NCBI GenBank assembly: GCA_002269645.1
Contig: NIVC01000741.1
Location: 310,001-374,000, forward strand
DNA length: 64,000 bases
Origin: Macrostomum lignano
Lineage: Eukaryota
Direction of reading: 5' to 3'
Positions 1 to 16,875 of the stretch are shown one piece after another. The notes under the pieces are model-generated. The model searched no databases and was not told the DNA's origin. It was given only the letters and a program-made list of their open reading frames with translations. A program made the position numbers and the translations under genes. The number at the start of each line of letters is the position of its first letter. The stretch's first letter is position 1.

Positions 1-53
1 GTCAGGAAACTAATTTATTCTGGGGCTTTCTAGGAAAGCTCAGCGCACAAAGC

Positions 54-3000
54 ATGAGAGCCGCCAGCCCAAATGTGATGCTGGTCAATGGCAGCCAGAC
101 CATGGACCGCCTCGTCAACCTTCCAGACGGTCGCCGCGGCGGCGGAGACGGCGCAGACGGCGGCGGAGGCATCGATGCCGAAGGCTCCTCGGACGGCTGC
201 TACAGCGTGCTGAAGTCCATCATGTTCTTTTTTAATGGCATCTTCTGGGTGAGCTTCAAACTGCCATTCGATCAGTCTCTCCCTGCATCTCCTCTCTCTC
301 CCTGCCTCTTCCCTCCCAGCCTCTCTCCCTGACTGCCTCTCCCCCATATTTTTCCCTCCCTACCTCTCCCTCCCTACCTCTCCCTCCCTGCCTCTCCCTA
401 CCCCCTCCCTGCCTCTCCCTCCCTGCCTCTCCCTCCCTGCCTCTCCCTCCCTGCCTCTCCCTCCCAGCCTCTCTCCCTGACTGCCTCTCCCCCCTATTTT
501 TCCCTCCCTACCTCTCCCTTCCTACCTCCCTCCCTCCCTGCCTCTCCCTCCCTGCCTCTCCCACCCTACCTCTCCCTCACTACCTCTCCTCCCTACCTCT
601 CGCTCCCTGCTTTTTCTGCCTCTCTCCCAGTCACCAGACTCCACTTTGTGCACCGCCTGACTTCAGCTGCTGGGCGTGGCCACCTTCAGCGTGGGCATCG
701 CAATCCACACCGACCGCGAGTTCCGTGTGGCGGTGGCCGGCTACGTTCCCGGCGCGGGCACCGGCGCCAGCATCTTCATAGTTGTCGGCGTTGCCATGGT
801 TACCACAGGATTTCTTGGCTGCTGCGGCGCGATCCGAGAGAGCCAGTGCATGCTGCTGTCGGTGAGAGAGGCGGTGGGATCCGGGTAGAGCTTTACAGGG
901 GACTGGGAGCCCTGAGTAAAAAGCCTAACCCGAACCCTGACCCGAACCCGAACCCCGACCCGAACCCGAACCCTGACCCGAACCCGAACCCTAACAGTTT
1001 TCGACAGATAAAATTTGCTGTTTACTTGTAAGCAGCTGACAGTTGAAATTCGCACTACCACTGATTTTGAGGGGTCGCCATCGCAAACCCGAAATATCAA
1101 TAAACCCGAAATATCACAAACCCGAAATAACACAAACCCGAAATATCACAAACCCGAAATATCACCAAACCGAAAAATCACAAACCCGAAATATCACAAA
1201 CCCGAAATAACACAAACCCGAAATATCACCAAACCGAAAAATCACAAACCCGAAATAACAATAAACCGAAACATCACAAACCCGAAATAACACAAACCCG
1301 AAATATCACAAACCCGAAATAACACAAACCCGAAATATCACAAACCCGAAATATCACCAAACCGAAAAATCACAAACCCGAAATAACAATAAACCGAAAT
1401 ATCACAAACCCGAAATAACAATAAACCGAAACATCACAAACCCGAAATAACACAAACCCGAAATATCACAAACCCGAAATAACACAAACCCGAAATATCA
1501 CAAACCCGAAATAACACAAACCCGAAATATCACCAAACCGAAAAATCACAAACCCGAAATAACAATAAACCGAAACATCACAAACCCGAAATAACACAAA
1601 CCCGAAATATCACAAACCCGAAATATCACCAAACCGAAAAATCACAAACCCGAAATAACAATAAACCGAAATATCACAAACCCGAAATATCACAAATCCG
1701 AAACATCACAAACCCGAAATATCACAAACCCGAAATAACACAAACCTGAAATATCACAAACCCGAAACGTCACAAACCCGAAATGTCACAACTCCTATAT
1801 CTAGTTGTAGCAATGCCTAGCACTATTTTGGTTTTCGGAGTTACGATATTGCACGCATTGATTGACAGAGACGAGCGTATTTTGTCTCTGGGCGAATAAA
1901 ACTTGCTTGCCACTTATTCCTGCAATTGCAATCTTAGGCTCTGAAGCATGAATAGAATGTTATAGAACTGTATGGGATCAGTATTGCTTTATTGATAGCA
2001 ATAAAACATGCAGTATCAGGTACGCAAGGTGCAATATACATACATGTAGTGTAAAATCAGCTGACGCCTCTCGTCACCCCGGAGTCCCGAATCTTGCCAT
2101 CGCAGTTTTTCGTCATCCTCTCGGCCGTGTTCACGATGCTCATCGGAGCGGGAATCTGGGCCGCCGCATCCAAGGATCAGCTGTCCGCCCTGCTGTCTGG
2201 CGAGCTGGAGAGGCGGGTGGCGACTTACAACACCGACCTGGCCAGCAGGGACATCATGGACACCGTGCAGGACCTGGTGCGCTGCTGTCTGTGGGTTTGG
2301 GCGTTGAGTTTCCGGTTCTGGTGCTTCACTACTCACGTCTCACCCTTACGTCTCTCTCTCTCCCCATCACGTCTCACCCTCTTGCCTTCACGTCTCACTC
2401 TCTCCTCTGACGCCTCACCTTCTTTCCCTCACATCTCAACCTCTCCTCATCACGTTTCACCCTCACGTCTCTCTCCCTCCCCATCACGTCTCACCTTCTT
2501 GCCTTCACGTCTCACCCTTTCCTCTGACGCCTCACCTTCTTTCCCTCACATCTCACCCTCTCCCCATCACGTCTCACCCTTACGTCTCTCTCTCCCCATC
2601 ACGTCTCACCCTCTTGCCTTCACGTCTCACCCTCTTCCTTTACGTCCCCCTCTTGCCCTCAAGCCCCACCACGCCACTGTGAGCCGAATATACATGTAGA
2701 GGGCACACTGTTTACATGTACTCGTGTGTGATGACATACTGTAAGAGGTAACATACATTTATTAAGACATGTCCATGCATTTAATACATAAAACTGCAGA
2801 GTATAAAACTCATTGATAATGGCGGCCTTTAGAAAGGTCGTTTAACAGTAGGAATACCAAGCCATTTTCCCGCTCGTGGAACTACCATGCAAGGAGGAGA
2901 GCTGGGGGGAATTCCCCCATTGGTAGTTTCACCGTTAACGTACTAACTTAAAAGTCTAAGTCACAGGACAGCACCATTACATCAACTCTTTCAGCTTTCT

Positions 3001-3530
3001 CCAAACTCTCCCGATCCCCTCTTCTCACTCTCCGGTTTCTTGTCTCAGTCCCGGGTTCTTCGAATTTCACCCTCCGTTACAATACGCGGCTCCCCTCGCC
3101 AGTTCGAGTGCTGCGGCGCCCAGCACGGCGGCTCCGACTATCAGCGCCGGGGCCTCGAGGTGCCCAGCAGCTGCGCCAGGCGGTTCCGCAGCAAAGACGG
3201 TTGTTACCACAGAATCAGCGACTCGCTTGCGGCCAACCTGGCTCGCGTCACGGGCACCGGCGTTAGCATTGCGTTTGTAGTTGTGAGAGACGCAAGTTTT
3301 TATTTGTTCAAGCTAAAAAAAACTAGCAATTTGCGCTACTAGCTTACTGCAATTAAGTAGTTAGACTAGCATTTTTTTAATAAAATAAGCAAAAAATAAA
3401 ACTGAGAAGCTACACCTTCACTCAATTCCAGCTGCTAGGGATGGTTCTGTCAATGATGATCTTCTGCAACCTGCGTGATCTGCAGAGCCGTCAGCATGGC
3501 CCCCATGGAGTTCGGAGGCGGCAGCCTTGA
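54..3530 (+). CDS. Tetraspanin, 5 coding exons (54-248, 667-861, 2106-2276, 3103-3282, 3432-3530), ~279 aa
   Basis: All four introns are GT..AG and phase 0, and the exons join in frame. Four hydrophobic TM segments; GFLGCCGAIRESQCML (TM2-TM3 signature); large extracellular loop with FECCG, PSSC and GC (4-Cys type); TGA at 3528-3530. Confidence 0.93.
262..625 (+). repeat. Degenerate CT-rich tandem repeat (ccctgcctct-like) in tetraspanin intron 1
   Basis: Directly visible reiteration of cctgcctctc/cctacctctc units. Confidence 0.9.
924..995 (+). repeat. Telomere-like hexamer run (CCCGAA/CCCTGA/CCCTAA)n
   Basis: cctaacccgaaccctgacccgaacccgaac...ccctaac; 6-bp period; inside tetraspanin intron 2. 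Confidence 0.85.
1083..1790 (+). repeat. ~16-bp minisatellite (caaacccgaaatatca variants)
   Basis: About 40 degenerate copies sharing the core AAACCCGAAA. Confidence 0.92.
2331..2660 (+). repeat. Degenerate cacgtctcaccct repeat in tetraspanin intron 3
   Basis: Repeated cacgtctcac motif, with a larger duplicated block. Confidence 0.8.
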
Positions 3531-4157
3531 ACACATTTTCTTATTTAACTTCGAAATATACACTGAAGAGCGTGCTGCAGTGAAGCACACTTGTTCACAG
3601 TGCTGTAGAATTGGAGTTATTAAGGCTCAGTTTTATTAGCGAAATTCTGGCCAGTACATGTAAATTGAAAATGTCTCTCGAACTTTTAACTTCCAATACA
3701 AGTTAAATTCACTGCATCGACAGGGCTTTTGCGACAGAAAATCTCCTGAGTAATTAGTTCAGCAATTACGGCTGGCGGCTCCCAGCAGGAAGAGGACAAT
3801 ATTGAAGATGAAGAATACAAGGGGATGCTGGAACCAGGTACATGTACTTTTGACGAGAGTTAAGTCAAAGACTGAAGCATAATTCAAGAAAGCGAATTTT
3901 CACGGATACAAGTTGGCCTTCAGGTGACTGTTGGGGCCGATTTGACGACGCTTTCCAGGCTCTACACCTTTTTACTTTCTATTTTGAAAAATCTGCACTA
4001 GCAGTGGCTCAACCAATCTATGGCCTGAATTCTGTCGATCAAGTAGTGATCAAGTAGTTGATGATATAAATCGCAAGTTTTCATGTCCCATTCTCAGGGG
4101 TTTTTACTGCTTCTCAGTCAATCAGAAATTAGCATTTTGTCTATGGTCCAACCTGAT

Positions 4158-4430
4158 GGGGGCCGTAGCCTAGTGCTCTAGAGAGGCGCTCTTATGTGCC
4201 GGCGGCCCAGGCTCGATTCCAAGTGCAGTCACATCAATTTGGGGCTAAATTGGAATCTCGGCTTGGCTCTGCTCGTGCAATTAACACCCTTCAGGGCCAA
4301 CCACCTAGGCAGGGTGAAGTGTACATGTCTAGCGATAAAGTTTGTGCCCAACTTGTCTTTATTCTGCTGTAGGCTCTCAACTTAAGAGGTGCGTTTTCCA
4401 ACTGAGCAGGACAACAGTAATATTATTAAA
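4158..4430 (+). mobile_element. Probable tRNA-derived SINE
   Basis: Starts GGGGGCCGTAGCCTAGTG (A-box-like) with GGCTCGATTCC (B-box-like) about 45 nt downstream, followed by an unrelated body and an AT-rich tail. No clear TSD was found. Confidence 0.5.
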
Positions 4431-5059
4431 ACTGCAATCACTGAGACCATTGAACAGTGCCGCAGGGGTTAAAATATAATAACAATACATATAGACGCAA
4501 TTTGCGCTAAAACATTGGAGGCGAAGCAAAGCCTAAGCGAGAAACTGTGTGGTATATTTGTTAGCCAAATTTTACAGCAGTCAGAGCAAACTACAGCTGC
4601 TTCACATCAGTAGAAGTTCAATATATCCGATTCATATCCAATTATTTGTCTCAGTAAGAGATTCAACAGCAGCTGAGGGGCTGTGGCAAGCGGTGGAGTT
4701 GGCCTGCAGGCAGCGGTTGGCGAGCACCGCACACTCCTGGCAGGCCCGTGTAGACAAAAGTGCAGGTAAAAATCCAGCTAAAATTGGTAGCTATATAAAA
4801 GTGCACTGGCTGCTACTCACAGTTCAGTAGCCAGCAAAGCGCACGGCATGCAGCTGCACTGCTTAGCAAGCACAAAAACTGATAGGGCGCTACATTTAAG
4901 GGCTTTGAAGGTTTAACACAGAGAAGCGAATGGAGTTGGTTGGGCGCGGTTTGGGCTTTTAGCCTGCACAAACAATTAAAATTCAATAAAGCTAGCATGT
5001 AATTTAAAGCTGCACTTTTCGTTACGAGCACTTATGCATAAAGTTCAGCTTTTGCGTGG

Positions 5060-5490
5060 AGTGAGTGGCTGGCGAGTCTCTGTCCCTGGAGTGGGGTGGC
5101 TGGCGAGTCTCTGTCCCTGGAGTGGGGTGGGTGACGATTCTCTGTCCCTGGAGTGGGGTGGGTGGCGATTCTCTGTCCCTGGAGTGGGGTGGGTGACGAT
5201 TCTCTGTCCCTGGAGTGGGGTGGGTGACGATTCTCTGTCCCTGGAGTGGGGTGGGTGACGATTCTCTGTCCCTGGAGTGGGGTGGGTGACGATTCTCTGT
5301 CCCCGGAGTGGGGTGGGTGGTGATTCTCTGTCCCGGGAGTGGGGTGGGTAGCGATCCTCTGTCCCGGGAGTGGGGTGGGTAGCGATTCTCTGTCCCGGGA
5401 GTGGGGTGGGTGGTAATTCTCTGTCCCCGGAGTGGGATGGGTGATGATCCTCTGTCCCGGGAGTGGGGTGGGTGGTGATTCTCTGTCGAC
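5060..5490 (+). repeat. 31-bp G-rich minisatellite (ctctgtccctggagtggggtgggtgacgatt)
   Basis: About 13 copies between the convergent tetraspanin and ARF6 3' ends. Confidence 0.93.
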
Positions 5491-6240
5491 GGAGTTGGTT
5501 AGGAACAATAAAAGTATGAACCGATTAAAGGGGGCACAGGACACTAAATTGAATTAAATTTATAAAATATATTCTGGTTAATAGTGACTAAGAGCAGAAA
5601 AATAAAGTAGCAATTATAAACAATTAAAGCTAAGCCTATAATTCGAGATTAACAAGTGAAAAATCATATGCAATTTGAACTAAACGATTTGATCACAATG
5701 CAAGCATATAAAAAACCTAGCGATGACAGCAGCGTTACTGAACTAAAAACAATCTCTCTGCCAACCAGCCTGAGTATGCATAAAAAATAAAACTTAGCTA
5801 TCACAAAACAAAGGACATTTTAGGGCATTCATAAGTCCCAAAAGCATGAAAAGTGCAAATATACAATAAAGTGGCCCAGAAAGTGTAGGTCGCGCAATCA
5901 ATCAATAAATACTTGTATAAAAGAGCGCACTGCAAAAAAATAGTAAATTGCATAAAGTACTTTGTAAAAAGGGCAATAAAACACAGAGCACAGACCCCGC
6001 ATTCGCAGTTAATAGACAGAAAATCCATCAGGTGGCTGGAGCATCTGACTCAGACTAGACAAATGAGGATTAAGCCAAAGTGAGTGAGGAGCTCAAACAC
6101 AGGTACACCAGCTCGGGAAGTCAATTAGCATAGGGGGGGGGGGGGGGTGCACGGCAACAAATAAAGTTGATACAAACTGTATTAAATAACAGCACATCCA
6201 CAAACAAGGTGACAAGAGACTGGTTCCAACAGCTCAGGAT

Positions 6241-9327
<3,087 letters not shown>

Positions 9328-9941
9328 TTATAATAATGTGGGATCTCTGTTGAGCCTGTGGCCTCTGAAATTCAGTTAAATTACTTTCCTATGTCTAGTG
9401 TGTCTAACACATTTTTACTCAATAGTCCAAATTTCAGAGATAGAAATTTCAAGCAAGACCAAAGCCAATCTTAAAACAATAGGTATTGCTTAGAAAAAGT
9501 ACATTTTGCTATCTTAAACAACAGTTTAACATAAAAATTATAGTATATCTTCTACTAGGCTTATAAAATAAAAAACAATAGTAGGCTTAACTTGAATCTT
9601 AGTAATATTTTAGGTATAATTTTGACATATTTTATGCTTAAAAAACAGTAGAATATGCATAGATAGGACATTGACTATAGTTAGAGATTCTGGCACTGGT
9701 ACAAAAGGGAACCCTGGTACATTTGGTGTATACTCATAGTGCACACTGAGGTCCCTAATACATGTGGCACAAAACTTCCTAGCATAAGTCAGCATGAATT
9801 ACCAAGAATAACCATTAAGTTATAGCTATAATTAATATAATATAATATAGATTTTTTTGAATACCACTACCACTAGCATCTAGTGTGCCCTTTTGTAGTA
9901 CCCAGCAGGTCTAAGCAAGGGATTATTATTATATATTATTA

Positions 9942-10561
9942 GACTCATTCCAGATAAGATGGACATATTTGGAAAATAGAAAAAAGTCAATATTTTTGCT
10001 TGTCATTGCCTTATCAGCCAATTTTTTGCCAAATGTTTTAAATGTGTCATTTATACAATCTGAGAAAAAATGAATCATAAAATGTTGGATTAGTAAGTTA
10101 TCAATTGGCAAAAAGTCATTTTTCTAAAAATTTGGACATTTTTCTAAGCAGAAGATATCATTAACTTTGTGTACCTTTTAAAAACAAATGGAAAACTTTG
10201 GAAGGTTGAAACAAACTATAGATAAAATTAAAGTACTTGCATAATCAGATAAAAACATTACCAACTATATATTCTATTATATTTTTTTATAATATTGGTA
10301 CCTCAAAGTTACTAAATTGATAGAAAAAAAATATGTTACGACCACAACAGTTATGACCAGCACACAAACAAAGTTAGATAAAAAATTACAATTTCTCCAA
10401 TCATTAGAATATTGCACTAAAAATTTTCCACAGATGTTAACATCTTTTTGTAGAAGTTTCATTGTTTGGCATATACTATGTGAACAGAAATTTTTAGTTA
10501 AACTTAAAAAACCTATTCCTCCATTTTTCTATTGTTACGACTATGTTTATATGGCATCAAC

Positions 10562-10562
<1 letters not shown>
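9942..10562. mobile_element. Diverged MITE, GGCTCATTCC-TIR family (copy 1)
   Basis: Begins gactcattccagataagatggac, homologous to 51272ff. Ends gttacgactatgtttatatggcatcaact (degenerate TIR). Flanked by atta/atta within an (ATT)n tract. Confidence 0.7.
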
Positions 10563-10597
<35 letters not shown>

Positions 10598-12502
10598 CAT
10601 TAGTATTATTATTATAAATATTTTTTGTTAATCTTATTTACATTGACTTCTTAGCAATTCTACTATAAGCCCTGACATTTAAAAGATTCCCCATTTAAGC
10701 TTCAAATGACACATCTTAGCAATTCTTCCCAAGCATTGAAATCTCAGCAATTACACTCAATCTATGACTTGCAAGATATAAAAAGTTTTTAAATGACACT
10801 CTTTCAGTTAGTCTTGTTGTAGCTATAATAGATACAAAAATTTACAGATACATTGATTTTGGCCTCTAAGTTACGGATATAGATATAGTTATAGGAATAA
10901 GAAATTTCTAGATTTTTCTCATATTGTATATAGAACTTAGTTTTTATAACTAAACTTTCTAGCTACCCTTTAATAATACATATAAGATGTAGGTAAGTAC
11001 ATATACTTTTATTCCTTTTTATTAATTTGACTTATGCTTTTTATATTTGATATAATGCTTTTTTGTTTGACATGATGCCTTTAATATATTTTAAATTGTG
11101 TCTTTTAGGTTTTATATGATTTTCTTTTTATGTTTCCTATGATGACTTCTTTTATATTTGATATGATGCTTCTTTAATGTTTAATACGAGGTTTTTTATG
11201 CTTACATTATACTTCATTTTATATGGTATTTCTTTTATATTTTACAAGTGTCCTAGGGCTTGCTTCTGTCCTCCAACTATCCTACTAATTGCCACCAAAG
11301 TTGTAACAAGGCTAATTTACTATTCTCTTAAGTGTTCTTCTTAGGTTGGTAGCTGCTACCAAGATTATTCTATTAATAAATTATGAGTTTTTCAATACTA
11401 GAATAATCTGAAAAATGTTTCTTAGAATAGGTCTGAGTATTTATTCTGAGGATTTAGTCTGAGTATTTAGTCTGAGTATTTAGTCTGAGTACTAGTCTGA
11501 ATATTATTCTGAGTATTATTCTTAGAAAAACAGTTAGCCCTGAAAGGTTTACTCTTCTGATTATTCTGGTAGCATTCTATTATTCTGGTAGCGTTCTACT
11601 TAATAATGGCCTGAGAGGTAATTTGGCTTACTAGTATATGTATTTCATGTACTTTGCAAGTCCTTGGGCGTTACCGAGATCAGAGGGTCACAGCCTCCGT
11701 TATTCTTACGTCTTACTTCAGATCTACTTCGCAACTTTGTACTACTCAACACTTTCCTTCTTAGTAGTATATATGGTACACACCTCCGTCTACTTCACTC
11801 TTACTTCTTAAAGGAATGAATACAAAAAACACTTCTTTAATTCTTATTTTCTTGGAACTCTTATTAATTGCTATCAACTGTTTTATTGAACCATAATGCG
11901 CGAGGTTGCTTCTTCCTCCGCCAAAATTGCCTCTATTTATACCATTTTTTACTCGTAGATTTAAAACAAAAATTATATTTGTAAAATATTATGAGAAAAT
12001 TGTACAGTATAACAAACTATTTACTTAGCATTTAGGCATGAATTTGAAAACATGATTACTCGTACAATTATAGATCGCCTTGCACACAAGGTGCTTTTAA
12101 AGTTTTATACTAAATATGCGGAATATGCCTATGATATTTCTTAGAATCTTATAGTTTAATACTCATAGTCATTCCAAAGTTGGTTAGAATAGAATTTATA
12201 CAAAGTAGTTAATTATGACAATGACAAATGATACTATACATTTAAAATAATATTAAAATAAACATAAATGATCAATTACTTAGGAAATTAGTATTTGCAT
12301 CTATTCAATTTTATAAAAATAATAATATGGTTATGCTATCAAAATTAGGGCCTATGTCTAATGTCATGTGTCTACATTATGTTTTCAACATTAGGCTATA
12401 TGACATAATTAAGTTAGACTTAGGCCTACAATTCAACTAATAAACTAACAATAAATAAAAGGCCTACCCACCTAGTATAGGCCTAATACATTTTTATCAG
12501 AA

Positions 12503-13290
12503 GGCTCATTCCATATAAGCATGGTCGTAACATGACAGGCTATTTTTACTTATAAAATGAAATATAATAATAGAATATACTAAACCAATATTTTAAATGA
12601 AAGATAATTTTGTCAAAAATATTTTTATAGAGTTTCATGTAGATATCATCATTAGTATAGATGCTATTAAACCTTGAATGGCACTTATGGTCGTAACAAC
12701 AGGATTTTTGACATATAGAAACTAAAAGGTAAAAGTCTTATAACATTTTTATTTTTGATATTTTGCAATACATTTTTTTAAAATTTGACTAAGAACATCT
12801 TTAGTAATCATACTCTTTTTGTAGAATATATAAACTCAAAAAGGCAACAAAGATACAAAAGAAAAGGCAGCCTTATGGTCGTAACATTATGGTCGTAACA
12901 TATTTTTTTCTGTCAATTCAGTAACTTTGAGGTACCAATATATTAAAAATATAATAGATTATTTGGTCACCAATACTTTTATCTGATGATGCAAGTACTA
13001 TACTTTTATCTATAGTTTGTTTCAACCTTCCAAAGCTTTATATTTGTTTTTAAAAGGTACACAAACTTAATGATGTCTTTTGCTTAGAAAAATGTCTAAA
13101 TTTTTACAAAAATGACTTTTTGCCACTTGATAGCATACTAATCTAACATTTTATCATTCATTTATTCTTAGATTGTAGATATTACACATAAAAAACATTT
13201 GGTAAAAAAATTGGCTGATAAGGCAATGGCAAGCAAAAATATTGACTTTTTTCTATTTTCCAAAAATGTCCATCTTATATGGAATGAGCC
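12503..13290. mobile_element. MITE, GGCTCATTCC-TIR family (copy 2), 4-bp TSD AGAA
   Basis: TIR GGCTCATTCCATATAAG at both ends, agaa on both flanks, internal repeats of ATGGTCGTAAC. It is the reverse complement of 51272-52046. Confidence 0.9.
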
Positions 13291-13714
13291 AGAATCAATT
13301 CAGTCATACCTTATCAACTCAGTTCAGTCAATCAGTTTTTTTTTCAAATATTTTTTACAATGTCTTTTAAGTAGGGGCCTAAAAATATGCTTGACCTTGG
13401 TTTATCAAAAATGCATAAGTATTAAATTAAAATCTCTTGCCTAATGCATTGAGTAGTTTTTTAGCCAAAATATATACTAGATCTACCATCAGGGATCATC
13501 AGAAAATTTCTAATAAAAAATTGAAATTTTGAAGAAAATTGGTTGAGCCACTTTTCCTATAATCAATCGCATACCTAGATAGTTACTTCAAATGAAACCT
13601 CTCAATATTCAAGTAGGCCTATATGCCTACATTTAACTTTTTATGCATAGCTAAGCTAGGCCAAAAATAATATGATAAGGTGACCTTTCGAAGAAAAGTG
13701 AATCTCTTGTCTTA

Positions 13715-13974
13715 GGGCCTTTTCATATTACCAATTTCAGAACCAGAATCGGTTCGGAATTCCAAGAAAAACAGCAGTATAACTATTAAACTCTGTTAAT
13801 ATTTGACTGCCTTAACAACCTAACTTAGCACAATTTTTCACTTTCTTCTTGGCGATTGTCATTCAATAATAAAAACTTTATAGCACGTATCTCCCTCTAG
13901 TTATGGAGACAAAAAGTTATACTTCACAAATTGGTTCTGGTTCTGGAACCAGAACAAGCAATATGAAAAGGCCC
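13715..13974. mobile_element. PIF/Harbinger-type MITE, 260 bp
   Basis: Perfect 15-bp TIR GGGCCTTTTCATATT; 3-bp TSD TTA (13712-14 and 13975-77), typical of PIF/Harbinger. Confidence 0.85.
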
Positions 13975-16005
13975 TTAGTGGACTACAAGCCTTCTTAAGA
14001 TAGTTATTATTACTTCTTTTTAAACACATTTATGCCCACACTAAAATAATGAAAAATATGTTTTCTACCAAGGACTGACAAATTGTTTTTTAACTGCTGC
14101 CAATAACTAAAAATGTACTTTTTTAAACTGAACCCAGTGCGGTTGGGACGTCCGGTTGAGCCATGGCTGGGCCCACGGGATCGACCCAAATTAAGCCTAA
14201 TATTAGTATTCCACCCACGGACTAGGTAAATAAGTTGATAAAAGTACACATTAGTCCGTGATCCTCTACCTTATAAAATCCGGAAATCATAAAACTGTGC
14301 TATTTCTTGTATTTGTCACTCCATAAAATTGCAGCTATTGCATAGAATTATTTTGTTTCCGCGAGAAAACATTGACGGAAACAAATTTGAAATTCCACTA
14401 AAACGAATAAGGTGCGGTACCTTCTACATACATGTTTATACAAAATGAAATGAACAGCTGAATATTAATACAACCCCGTAACTTTTGTACATGTACATGT
14501 AACCATGGATAACTAGAGTAGAAGGACGTTACACTCAGCTTTCGTGGAAATCGGGCTGGAGGCCCAATTTTCGCGTAAATAAACTAGCGAGATAGAAGAA
14601 CATAATTTTTTTCATGCGAAATAGGCAGCTAAATTTGAGTCGAAGAAGCAGTGAAGTTCTTATTTTGATATAAGTTGAAAGCTCTAGTTGTCCATGACAT
14701 GTACATGTGCATTTACCAATCTTTGCGTGATCATACTGTAGTGTAAAAGGAGATCGAACAAGCAGTTCTATATGCTGTGATAGATATCCGGCCTGGGATT
14801 TGTGCCTTGACGTACTGCGGCATAGATGTACGCGGGCGAGCTTATTTAGAGGTGCTGCAACCCTTAGGGGCGCCAATATGTCTTGGTGGACGTTCCTGGC
14901 TCTTAGTGGGCGCCACTACCCCCGTCTCTCATGCCGGGTAGGATGCCAATTCCAAGAAACGGCAAAATTGAGCTTCTGTCTTTCGTCGAGCTTGGTTATC
15001 ATCTCTTTCATTTAGCTTTTTGTTGAACGCAATATTTGTGGGGGCTATAGGGAAGGCCTACTGCCCCGATTGCCACGGTCTCAGATTAAATTGTACTTTA
15101 GTTTGCTGTGCATGTATATGTGACGTATCTTATTTCCGGTGGACTGTACAGCCTAAAAGCGTCTGTCTGCGGGGTGCAATAAATGCCATTTTAATATAAT
15201 AAAGTACAAGAAAAAAAGCCAACATAATCAACTTCACTACACATGCGTTCAGTGGCAGATCATTAAAGATCATCTACATAATATCTGCTCTGGTACAAGT
15301 ACGCTCATACATGTATATAGGATTGATTACACATGCTGACGCGTCTGCAAAATTTTACAATATTGTTCAGGATGTATCTGCAAATCTCTTTCCAGCCGCA
15401 TAAATATGGTAGACGCAGCTTCTATGCGCAGAAAGCATTCTCGAATTCCCTTATCTGGTGGAATCCACGCCGCTTCTGGCTACCGCTGCACGGCAGTCGG
15501 CTGCGCAAGGCTGCTGGGCGATTAATGTATTAGGCAAATAGAAGAATAACAGAAACTGCAGTTGCGGCCGCGCATCAAGCATGCAGCATGAGTGCTGCGA
15601 ATGGCGATAGAGGGCAGCCCCCGCACCCGAAGCTCGTCAACGCTACGATCGGGCCACGGCAACAAGTCAAGTACAAAGCAAGCATGCATGGGCAAACAGT
15701 TGCTGCTAGAAGAAGCAGGGCAAAATAGCCGCCAATTATACGGCTGCTTCCGTTTGGTCCGCGGACCGTCAGCGAATGAGAGAGCGCCATAGCGGAGTGC
15801 ATGTATTGAGAAAATCCAAAAAAATCCCCACGCATATCCTTTCAGAGCCGATTAAGCTTTTTACTGCTCACACAATTCTCCCCGAGCCCTAGCAGCAAAT
15901 TTCAAGGTGCTGAAGAAGCCACGTGCAAAATTGAGCAAGTTGAACACTTTTCTAAAAAGCTATCTTCACAAGGTATTTCAATTTCTATTTAAACTGTTTC
16001 ACGGA

Positions 16006-16762
16006 TGCCTATACTGTGTTAGATATGCCTATACTGTGTCAGATATGCCTATACTGTGTCAGATATGCCTATACTGTGTCAGATATGCCTATACTGTGTC
16101 AGATATGCCTATTCTGTGTCAGATATGCCTATACTGTGTCAGATATGCCTATTCTGTGTCAGATATGCCTATTCTGTGTCAGATATGCCTATACTGTGTC
16201 AGATATGCCTATACTGTGTCAGATATGCCTATACTGTGTCAGATATGCCTATTCTGTGTCAGATATGCCTATACTGTGTCAGATATGCCTATACTGTGTC
16301 AGATATGCCTATACTGTGTCAGATATGCCTATACTGTGTCAGATATGCCTATTCTGTGTCAGATATGCCTATACTGTGTCAGATATGCCTATTCTGTGTC
16401 AGATATGCCTATTCTGTGTCAGATATGCCTATACTGTGTCAGATATGCCTATACTGTGTCAGATATGCCTATACTGTGTCAGATATGCCTATACTGTGTC
16501 AGATATGCCTATACTGTGTCAGATATGCCTATACTGTGTCAGATATGCCTATACTGTGTCAGATATGCCTATACTGTGTCAGATATGCCTATACTGTGTC
16601 AGATATGCCTATACTGTGTCAGATATGCCTATACTGTGTCAGATATGCCTATACTGTGTCAGATATGCCTATACTGTGTCAGATATGCCTATACTGTGTC
16701 AGATATGCCTATACTGTGTCAGATATGCCTATACTGTGTCAGATATGTCTATACTGTGTCAG
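16006..16762 (+). repeat. 20-bp minisatellite (atgcctatactgtgtcagat)n
   Basis: About 38 near-identical copies. Confidence 0.97.
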
Positions 16763-16875
16763 AGATGTGAGGTGTCAAGAGTTCCTATGTGAGGTGTCAG
16801 GAGCGCCGAGGTGAGGTGTCAGGAGTGCCGGTTGTCATGACTTATGGGGTGGGGCCGCGTGGTAGGGGTGGAGCT

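Noticed and set aside
924-995. True telomere
   Set aside because: Only about 70 bp, mostly variant hexamers, and internal to an intron.
15575-15835. Short GC-rich ORFs upstream of the 20-bp array
   Set aside because: No recognisable domain and no convincing splice partners.
15907-16814. Long Cys-rich ORFs (252-287 aa) in three frames
   Set aside because: They are translations of a stop-free 20-bp tandem repeat.
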